A program made the position numbers and the translations under genes. The notes under the pieces were generated by a model. It had not been told where the DNA came from, made no database searches, and worked only from the letters and a program-made list of their open reading frames with translations. Source: Nitrospinae bacterium RIFCSPLOWO2_12_39_16 (GTDB lineage Bacteria > Nitrospinota > Nitrospinia > UBA9942). From it: a stretch of DNA of 43,082 nucleotides. Shown here piece by piece: positions 7,095 to 13,213 of the stretch. The DNA lies in contig MHDO01000021.1 of assembly GCA_001805005.1 (NCBI GenBank), positions 1 to 43,082 of the forward strand. Reading direction: 5' to 3'. How positions within the stretch are numbered: position 1 is the first letter of the stretch; each line of letters begins with the position of its first letter.

Positions 7095-7882
7095 AATCTG
7101 CGTATAATTACAAATGCAATTAATATTACAATGCCTATACCGAGCAGCCATATCCCTTTTCTCCTTTCAATCAAGTCCTGTTTTGACATTGCAGAGAATT
7201 TTATATCTACGGAAGGCATAGTATCATCTTTAGCATATTTAATCTTAAATCTTACATCCTGTCCACCTTTTATATCCTTGAAAGTATAGTTATAATAATT
7301 TAAATCCTTCTTATTGACCTTGCTCATTGGCTCTGGTGAAAGCTTAAATTCTGTTGACCTCAGTGGCTCCTGAATGCTTACCTCAAGTGTATCTATCGGG
7401 TATATTAGTTTTATAATATATTCAAAGTCCCTAAGAAATCTGCCCGATTTTATATTAAACGGAGAGTATTTAAAATCTATGAAGAAATCGGCGTATGGAA
7501 GCTTTACGGATGTCTCGTTGTATTCGCCCTTATTAACAATATTATATAGCTGGCAAAAGTGCTGTCCCCCAGGAGAGAGGCTGCATACATCTGTTAGTTT
7601 TGTTACACCCTTTGGCAATGTAAATGTCACCTGATTTGGAAAGGCATCTTTATCGGCAAATTTCCCTTCATATACCACAAGGACATCAGATGATTCATAT
7701 TCAGGCATTATTGAAACCTTCATTCTACCTATTTTAAGGTCAGAAGCATTAGAAACAGTGACGAGTGACAAGTGACAAGTGACCAGTAAAAATAAAAAAC
7801 CACTGATTGCTGACCACTGACCACTGACCACTCTCTTCTGTCCTCTGTCTTCTGTCTTCTGTCTTCTGTCTTCAGTGTTCAT
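7076..7882 (-). CDS. Hypothetical exported protein with C-terminal membrane anchor
   Basis: Long ORF in an operonic position. N-terminal region RRQKTEDRGQKR + FLFLLVTCHLSLVTVSNA-SD resembles a signal peptide, but it is encoded by heptamer arrays. Beta-rich body, C-terminal TM IWLLGIGIVILIAFVII + RRLR. ATG 7882 is preceded by GGGGTGG. Confidence 0.6.
   Translation of the reverse strand: MNTEDRRQKTEDRGQKRVVSGQWSAISGFLFLLVTCHLSLVTVSNASDLKIGRMKVSIMPEYESSDVLVVYEGKFADKDAFPNQVTFTLPKGVTKLTDVCSLSPGGQHFCQLYNIVNKGEYNETSVKLPYADFFIDFKYSPFNIKSGRFLRDFEYIIKLIYPIDTLEVSIQEPLRSTEFKLSPEPMSKVNKKDLNYYNYTFKDIKGGQDVRFKIKYAKDDTMPSVDIKFSAMSKQDLIERRKGIWLLGIGIVILIAFVIIRRLRTKID
7757..7876. repeat. Three adjacent heptanucleotide tandem arrays
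   Basis: AGTGACN x4 (7757-7787), CACTGAC-type x4 (7801-7832), CTTCTGT-type x6 (7835-7876). Confidence 0.9.
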
Positions 7883-8567
7883 GTAATAACCACCCCACAA
7901 GGTAACTTTTATATATTGTCATCCAGTTTGCCAATATCAGGATTGACATGGTGATAAGTAGCCCGCCGCTGATACGCTGGACTATATTTCTAATATTTTT
8001 TAAGCCGTCAACAGATAAGGTTTTTGAAATTGTAAGTCCTGCAATACTAAATGCAGTGGAGATGCCGAGAGAATAAAAACTGAGCATCACTGTCCCCCTA
8101 TATACTGTTTCAGATGACTTGGTAAGGTTGTAAATAGATGTCAGGGTTGGTGTTACACAGGGTTGATACGCCATTGCAAAGGAAAATCCAATTAAAAGCC
8201 CGCCAAATCTCCTATAGTATTTCCCTTTGTCTTCAGCTATACGAAATAGTCCGATAAAGTAAAGACCCATTAACAAGAGAAATACACCGCCAAATTGATT
8301 TAAGATAGTTAAATATCCGAAAATTATATTACTGATGGATGTAGCAGAAGCACCCAAAATTATATAACCTGCCATAAATCCTATAAGACACAATATACCC
8401 CCTGTAATTATATCTGATAACGCCTCTACCCATTTTCTATCCCCGATTTCTATCATTGTCAGCCCTATGATATAAGCCAAGAAAAATGGTGTCACCTGAA
8501 AGAGACAGAAAAACCAAATAGAGAAGAAGTTATGCAGACCGCCTATATATGCTTCAAAAATAGTCAT
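7872..8567 (-). CDS. CcdA/DsbD-family cytochrome c biogenesis thiol-reductant transporter
   Basis: 231 aa, six TM helices, with Cys in TM1 (FFCLFQVTPFF) and TM4 (YQPCVTPTL), as in the CcdA C..P pattern. Confidence 0.75.
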   Translation of the reverse strand: MTIFEAYIGGLHNFFSIWFFCLFQVTPFFLAYIIGLTMIEIGDRKWVEALSDIITGGILCLIGFMAGYIILGASATSISNIIFGYLTILNQFGGVFLLLMGLYFIGLFRIAEDKGKYYRRFGGLLIGFSFAMAYQPCVTPTLTSIYNLTKSSETVYRGTVMLSFYSLGISTAFSIAGLTISKTLSVDGLKNIRNIVQRISGGLLITMSILILANWMTIYKSYLVGWLLHEH

Positions 8568-8571
8568 AAAA

Positions 8572-8613
8572 GTCAGAAGTCAGAAGACAGATTTTCTGTT
8601 CTCTGTCCTCTGA
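8572..8613. repeat. Inverted heptamer arrays forming an intercistronic hairpin
   Basis: GTCAGAA GTCAGAA GACAGA - ttt - TCTGTTC TCTGTCC TCTGA. Spans the thioredoxin-fold stop, 5 nt from the CcdA start. Confidence 0.75.
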
Positions 8614-9241
8614 TTTTTTCTATCCTTTCCGAGATTTCTTCATATTTTTTTAATTTACCAACAAAGATAGAATCTATCTTTCCTTCTTTATTGATAAAAA
8701 TCGTAGTTGGAGTCGTTGCCACTCCATAGCCCCTTGCGACTTCCTGTTTTAAGTCAAACCCTGCAGGGAATTTGAGTTTATGCTTGTCTAAAAATTTAGA
8801 CAGGTCTGTTTCATTATCCTGAATACCTATGCCTATTAAGTTAACTCCGCTGAATTCTTCAGATGCCTGTTTCAGAAATTGTGCAGATGCATTGGAGCAT
8901 GGGCACCAGTTTGCATAGAAAAACATTACCATTGGCTTCCCATCCCCGCCTGAACCCTCGTGATGATGGGCATGGTTAGGGGAAAAGTTGAATGTTTTGC
9001 CATCTACCAATTTTAGGGAAAAATTTGGGGCTTTATCTCCTACCTTGAGGAGCGTTATTGGAGGGGTATAATTTAATATACCCCTTAAAACAAGGGCAAC
9101 AGCAACAAGGATTACAATTTTGTTAATCTGAAATGATTCACTTATTGGTGCCCCTCTTTCAATGGAGGTGTCCACTTTCTGCTCCAAGTCCTTCACTCTG
9201 GTATGTTCCTTTAACTTTAGTTCCGCTCTTTCTAAGGGCAT
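8573..9241 (-). CDS. Thioredoxin-fold (TlpA/redoxin-like) protein with CXC active site (WCPC) and His-rich insert
   Basis: VMFFYANWCPCSNASAQF read directly from the DNA (tgg tgc cca tgc). HAHHHEGSGGDGK lies just upstream. TM anchor IVILVAVALVL. cis-Pro region GVATTPTTIFI. The 5' end overlaps the upstream ORF by 83 nt, so the start is uncertain. Confidence 0.8.
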   Translation of the reverse strand: MPLERAELKLKEHTRVKDLEQKVDTSIERGAPISESFQINKIVILVAVALVLRGILNYTPPITLLKVGDKAPNFSLKLVDGKTFNFSPNHAHHHEGSGGDGKPMVMFFYANWCPCSNASAQFLKQASEEFSGVNLIGIGIQDNETDLSKFLDKHKLKFPAGFDLKQEVARGYGVATTPTTIFINKEGKIDSIFVGKLKKYEEISERIEKIRGQRTENLSSDF

Positions 9242-9710
9242 ATTCTATTTTCCTTTTTTCTATTGGTGTATTAGAGAGGTCAATCAAAATTTTGTTATTA
9301 CCAATCAGTTTTAACAGGTCATCTTTTCTGAAATCCCCTTCCCAGTTTCCAACCCATGCATTCCATGTCTGAACAATAGCAGATGCCTGATAATCTGTAA
9401 TATCAAAAAATTTCTTGTGAGGCTCCCTTGCCCTGTACTCTTCAAGGAATTTTCGCATGTGCGGGACTACTGCTATAAAGGGTGGTCCGCACCTGTGGCA
9501 ATATTTTAAAATCCTTTCCGTGTCATGGCACTGCGTGCATTTCTCTGTAGCCAATGCCTTTGCATCATCAGGGGAGTATTCCATATACCCCCTTGCCTTT
9601 ATCTCTTCGGTTATCTTTTTGCCAATACTATTGGGAACAGCCATCACCAGTGTGAACCCTGCAAGGATTACAACAAATATACTTATAAAAATTATAGTTT
9701 TCTTTTTCAT
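9159..9710 (-). CDS. Membrane-anchored c-type cytochrome (one CXXCH)
   Basis: Signal anchor MKKKTIIFISIFVVILAGFTLVMA. CTQCHD haem motif, plus a second Cys pair KYCHRCGPP. Confidence 0.7.
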   Translation of the reverse strand: MKKKTIIFISIFVVILAGFTLVMAVPNSIGKKITEEIKARGYMEYSPDDAKALATEKCTQCHDTERILKYCHRCGPPFIAVVPHMRKFLEEYRAREPHKKFFDITDYQASAIVQTWNAWVGNWEGDFRKDDLLKLIGNNKILIDLSNTPIEKRKIEYALRKSGTKVKGTYQSEGLGAESGHLH

Positions 9711-9753
9711 GTTATACCCCCCTTTAAACCTGACTTATTGTTTACTATAATAT

Positions 9754-9762
9754 ATTATAACA
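9754..9762 (-). promoter_or_regulatory. Candidate extended -10 promoter (TGTTATAAT) for the minus-strand redox/cytochrome cluster
   Basis: Plus-strand ATTATAACA is TGnTATAAT on the minus strand, about 45 nt upstream of ATG 9710. RBS AAAGGGGGG lies in between. Confidence 0.35.
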
Positions 9763-9866
9763 GAATGATATGTGAATTTAACAGATTATTTAGCTGCTGC
9801 CCCTCCCCTTATTTAAGGAGAGGCAGCAACTTGTTGAGGGAAGGAGGGAAAAAGACTAATTAACTC

Positions 9867-9898
9867 GTTTAAATATTTAAACAAATAATTATTTGTTT
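9867..9898. promoter_or_regulatory. Two overlapping perfect palindromes in the divergent control region
   Basis: GTTTAAATATTTAAAC (9867-9882, 16 bp) and AAACAAATAATTATTTGTTT (9879-9898, 20 bp) are each exactly self-complementary. Confidence 0.4.
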
Positions 9899-9936
9899 TT
9901 ATTCCCAAAGATGTTATTTTTCTTATATATTAAATT

Positions 9937-9951
9937 TGGTATGTAGTTTGC
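9937..9951 (+). promoter_or_regulatory. Sigma-54-like -24/-12 motif (TGGTAT-N5-TTGC), doubtful
   Basis: TGGTATGTAGTTTGC has correct GG-N10-GC spacing. However, the GC is only 21 nt from ATG 9972, so the predicted TSS would remove the SD. Confidence 0.25.
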
Positions 9952-9971
9952 TTTTCTAAAGGAGAAAAAAG

Positions 9972-11408
9972 ATGGATGAGGATATGAATAAAATTATTAT
10001 CATAGATGATGATGAGTCTATCTGTAAGACATTGGAGCTCCATCTAAAGAGAAACGGATACGATGTCAGTTTTGCACATACAGGTGGTGAGGGGATAAAG
10101 ATGGTAAGCGAGAATGAACCCCAGATTGTCATACTTGATATAAGGCTTCCTGATACAGATGGGATTGAGGTTTTAAGGCAGCTTAAATCTATAGACAATA
10201 ATAAATATATAATCATGATTACAGCATTTCAGGATATGGAGACTACAATAAAGGCTATGCAGGAAGGGGCTTTTGAGTATATCCATAAGCCCATAAGCAT
10301 AGATGAATTGGACAGGGCAGTGGATAATGCAGTGAGGAGCCTTAAGATACTTACAGGGGAAAGGGAAGAGACCATAAAGATACCGAAGATGAATGTTGGC
10401 GAGGGGAAGATAATCGGAAAGAGCAAGATTATGAAAGAGATATTCAAGACAATCGGTGTTGTCTCTCAGAGCAGGACAACTGTCCTGATTGAAGGGGAGA
10501 GCGGGACAGGGAAGGAGTTAATAGCGAAGGCTATCCATTTTAATAGTCCGTATAAGGGGTATCCGTTTATATCCATCAATTGTTCCGCCCTTGTAGAGAC
10601 ACTCCTTGAGAGCGAGCTTTTCGGGCATGAAAAGGGGGCGTTTACAGGGGCTTTATACCGTAAAGACGGAAAATTTACACTTGCCAATAACGGCACGCTT
10701 TTCATGGATGAGATTGGAGAGATGAGTTTAAATCTACAGACAAAACTTCTAAGAGTCCTGCAGGAGAGGGAGTTTGAGAGGGTGGGGGGGAAGGAGAAGA
10801 TAAAGACAAATGTGAGGGTCATAACAGCCACGAATAAAAAACTTGATAATCTGGTGAAACAGGGAAAATTCAGGGAAGACCTTTATTACAGGCTGAAGGT
10901 GGTAACTATTGATGTCCCCCCGTTGAGGGAGAGAAAGGAAGATATACCGTTGCTTGTGGAATATATGATTAACAAAGTGAATAATGACCTTAGTAGAAAT
11001 GTGAGGAAAATATCAAATAAGGCACTTGAACTTTTACTGAATAATCCGTGGGTTGGAAATGTCAGGGAGCTTGAAAATGTAATTACAAGGGCTATTCTTC
11101 TTTCAAGAGAGGATAGGCTCGGCGAAGAGCATTTTACCCTGTTTTTAAAGGGGGATACAGGCAAACCAATAGAACATAAATTAGTGGTGGATGCTAATGG
11201 AGTGCGTGGGCATGAAATAAAAGATGATTCGTTAAATGACATTGAGAAGATACACATAGCGAAGGTGTTGAATTTTACAAACTGGCATAAGGGGAAGGCT
11301 TGTGAAATTCTTGGAATAACAAGGCCAAGATTGGAGAGGAAGATAAGAAAATATGACATTAAATCAGTGGAAAAAATATCAGAAAAAATATCAGAAAAAA
11401 TAACTTGA
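9972..11408 (+). CDS. Sigma-54-dependent response regulator (REC - AAA+ - Fis-type HTH), NtrC family
   Basis: REC (IIIIDDDES...ILDIRLPDTDG). Walker [15 protein letters not shown] loop in [16 protein letters not shown]-terminal HTH KACEILGITRPRLERKIRKY. SD AAGGAG 7 nt upstream of the ATG. Confidence 0.95.
   Translation: MDEDMNKIIIIDDDESICKTLELHLKRNGYDVSFAHTGGEGIKMVSENEPQIVILDIRLPDTDGIEVLRQLKSIDNNKYIIMITAFQDMETTIKAMQEGAFEYIHKPISIDELDRAVDNAVRSLKILTGEREETIKIPKMNVGEGKIIGKSKIMKEIFKTIGVVSQSRTTVLIEGESGTGKELIAKAIHFNSPYKGYPFISINCSALVETLLESELFGHEKGAFTGALYRKDGKFTLANNGTLFMDEIGEMSLNLQTKLLRVLQEREFERVGGKEKIKTNVRVITATNKKLDNLVKQGKFREDLYYRLKVVTIDVPPLRERKEDIPLLVEYMINKVNNDLSRNVRKISNKALELLLNNPWVGNVRELENVITRAILLSREDRLGEEHFTLFLKGDTGKPIEHKLVVDANGVRGHEIKDDSLNDIEKIHIAKVLNFTNWHKGKACEILGITRPRLERKIRKYDIKSVEKISEKISEKIT
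11364..11402 (+). repeat. 12-nt tandem repeat TCAGAAAAAATA x2 plus one 15-nt variant unit (3 units)
   Basis: Encodes the C-terminal SVEKISEKISEKIT tail of the sigma-54 activator. Confidence 0.85.
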
Positions 11409-11514
11409 CTTTTATTTTGAGTGTGGATAGTATTACCACTCATTGGCAGAGCTATAAAATTTTACTAATAACAAATTTCAAAAGGCGGGATAGATTTAAA
11501 ATACCGTCAAAGTA

Positions 11515-11562
11515 TTGAACATTTTGTTTGAATGAAATATAGCATATAAATAAAATGTTCAA
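11515..11562. promoter_or_regulatory. 11-bp perfect inverted repeat, candidate enhancer (UAS) for the sigma-54 activator
   Basis: TTGAACATTTT (11515-11525) and AAAATGTTCAA (11552-11562) are separated by 26 nt. The centre lies about 105 nt upstream of the -24 element. Confidence 0.35.
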
Positions 11563-11644
11563 GCAAAAAGGTGCTCTTTGGTTTTGTAAGTAAGTATATA
11601 GTTGATTTTTCAAATAGAAAAATGGCTTTATATAGTAAGTATTG

Positions 11645-11660
11645 TGGTATAAGGATTGCA
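11645..11660 (+). promoter_or_regulatory. Candidate sigma-54 promoter for the secreted cytochrome c gene
   Basis: TGGTATAAGGATTGCA has GG (11646-11647) and GC (11658-11659) separated by 10 nt with a TTGCA -12 box. It lies 157 nt upstream of ATG 11817 and directly downstream of a sigma-54 activator gene. Confidence 0.5.
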
Positions 11661-11816
11661 ATTATTCCACTTAATGTTGAATTATACAATAATTAAGGTT
11701 GTCATAATATAAAAATTCAAATAGAAAGGAGGTGAATGTTGGTTAGTTAGTTGTTAAATGAGGATGTTTTAGTTAATTAGGTTGGGGGAAATTATTTGAA
11801 GAGGAGGATAAAAAAT

Positions 11817-12944
11817 ATGGGCAAAGGGAAATGGATAATGTTGTTAATAGCAATTTTTACAATCAGCGTCTCTGTGGAAACGGCTATCTCTACAAAGGCA
11901 TTCGCAGCAAAGATATCTAAAGAAGAGTTGGAAAAGGCTAAGAAAGAAGGGGATCAGTCTGATGCAGCATTGGAAAAGGCGAGAGAGAGTTACGGAAGAG
12001 AGGCTGATGAGGCAAATGTTGAGTCCTTTGAGACAAAGACAACTGTAAAAGGGTCAGGTAAGTCCGTTTACGGTGTAACAGGTTTTGATTATCTAACAGG
12101 TATTGGTAAGATGGCGTCTACAGTTGAAGGGACAGAAAGTGCAAAGAACAATCCATTGGTAGGTCAGATTAACAAGAGATGGGCAACTAAATGGACTGCC
12201 AAGAGTAAGGACTTAAGTAAAGTGGGCGAATCTCGTTCTGGTTGGGCAAAAGAGACAGGAGTTACAGAGGCATGGGATAGAAAGGTAAAAGGAGCATCAA
12301 CATTGGGTGGTGATTATAACGAATGGGTAAATCAATGGAACAGCCTGACAAGACCGGAATCAGCAACAGGAGAAACCACTGTTGCAGGTGCTGACCCTGC
12401 ACAGGGTGCCCACTGGTTCAGCTTTTTCTGTGTTCACTGCCATGGATGGAGCGGAAAGGGAGATGGTCCTACAGCAGCAATGTTAGACCCAAGGCCAAGG
12501 AACCAGACCAATGGAAAATATATGAACCATGTCAGTAATCTTGAGATCTTTGCAGTTATAAAGGGTGGTGGTCCTGCAAGGAACCTTTCAGAGGCAATGC
12601 CTGCATGGGGCAATGTCCTTCAGGATCAGGACATCTGGAATGTAGTAGCATTCATGCGATCCATTGCAAAACCAACATATAATGCAAAATCAGAAGAGGG
12701 CAATGTTACAGCAGCCAATGCAAAGGATAGTTCTGAATTTAAAGACCTCAATGAACAGCTTGAACTTGAGGGCACAATGGGTGGAAGAGGCTCAGGAATG
12801 GCTGGAGGGTATAGTTCTCCTGGCGGCGGCAGATTGGCAAGCAGGCTGGTAGGAGTGAGGACAAAGGGTAGCGCAAAGGATGAATCTGCAAGGATTGGTG
12901 ATAGTGAGTTTACAAGGACTTCTGTAAAGGAGACTGATAAGTAA
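11817..12944 (+). CDS. Secreted protein with C-terminal class I c-type cytochrome domain
   Basis: Signal peptide MGKGKWIMLLIAIFTISVSVETAISTKAFA. FCVHCHGWSGKGDGP haem site and AMPAWG distal Met. SD GAGGAGG 9 nt upstream of ATG 11817 (the track TTG 11796 is less likely). Confidence 0.85.
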   Translation: MGKGKWIMLLIAIFTISVSVETAISTKAFAAKISKEELEKAKKEGDQSDAALEKARESYGREADEANVESFETKTTVKGSGKSVYGVTGFDYLTGIGKMASTVEGTESAKNNPLVGQINKRWATKWTAKSKDLSKVGESRSGWAKETGVTEAWDRKVKGASTLGGDYNEWVNQWNSLTRPESATGETTVAGADPAQGAHWFSFFCVHCHGWSGKGDGPTAAMLDPRPRNQTNGKYMNHVSNLEIFAVIKGGGPARNLSEAMPAWGNVLQDQDIWNVVAFMRSIAKPTYNAKSEEGNVTAANAKDSSEFKDLNEQLELEGTMGGRGSGMAGGYSSPGGGRLASRLVGVRTKGSAKDESARIGDSEFTRTSVKETDK

Positions 12945-12965
12945 GTAGTACTGGTTAATTAAAAA

Positions 12966-13013
12966 AACGACCACCTGGAAGCAAATAAGCGTTCAGGTGG
13001 TCGTTCTTTTTTT
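12966..13013 (+). terminator. Rho-independent terminator after the cytochrome c gene
   Basis: 12-bp perfect stem AACGACCACCTG (12966-12977) / CAGGTGGTCGTT (12994-13005), followed by CTTTTTTT. An A-run upstream makes it potentially bidirectional. Confidence 0.85.
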
Positions 13014-13024
13014 GTTTGTACCTA

Positions 13025-13053
13025 TTGACTAAGTTAAGAATATATATTATAGT
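13025..13053 (+). promoter_or_regulatory. Candidate sigma-70 promoter of the ABC-2 operon
   Basis: TTGACT (13025-13030) - 17 nt - TATAGT (13048-13053). Confidence 0.45.
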
Positions 13054-13090
13054 AAATTTAATACCCAGTTTATGGGTATTTTTTATTTTT

Positions 13091-13211
13091 ATATAGGAAA
13101 TTATAAAATTAACCACAGGTAAACACAGATGAACACTGATAGAATAAAGAAAAAAAGTTTTTATCTGTGTTAATCTGTGTCCATCTGTGGTTTCATTAGG
13201 TCTTTGTTCTT
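13091..13211 (+). repeat. Gene-boundary hairpin element (CACAGAT decamer arms), reference copy
   Basis: ATATAGGAAATTATAAAAT-TAACCACAGGTAAACACAGATGAACACTGATAG ... TTATCTGTGTTAATCTGTGTCCATCTGTGGTTTCATTAGGTCTTTGTTCTT. The arms are about 26/32 complementary. Confidence 0.85.
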
Positions 13212-13213
13212 AT

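Noticed and set aside
7757-7876. Possible CRISPR array, given many short direct repeats across the window.
   Set aside because: The repeat units are 6-12 nt and directly abutting, with no 25-40 nt spacers. There are no cas genes and no 24-40 nt repeat consensus.
9159-9241. The 83-nt overlap between the cytochrome c ORF and the thioredoxin-fold ORF as evidence of a frameshift or gene fusion.
   Set aside because: Both frames have independent, sensible N- and C-termini, and there is no homopolymer at the junction. More likely the downstream gene uses an unidentified later start, or the overlap is real.
10886-11443. Long antisense ORFs opposite well-supported genes (for example 10886-11443, 10466-10831, 16120-16602, 18498-18869, 29529-29951, 31669-32130, 37834-38271, 22399-22821).
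   Set aside because: Each lies entirely within a gene that has unmistakable family motifs on the other strand. Their products are low-complexity Ser/Leu/Phe-rich strings with no motif and no SD. They are shadow ORFs typical of AT-rich coding DNA.
13187-13213. N-terminal extensions offered by the ORF track (13187 MVSLGLCSY, 16655 MQPATFV, 35750 MSARILSILILTLITNTEF, 26029-26058 MSWWLFNFLY, 42547-42582 MTILYVICYSLN, 20786 MRNITQGDK).
   Set aside because: The extensions are translations of boundary elements or tandem arrays and start at non-ATG codons. The downstream ATG gives the family-typical N-terminus, usually with an SD.
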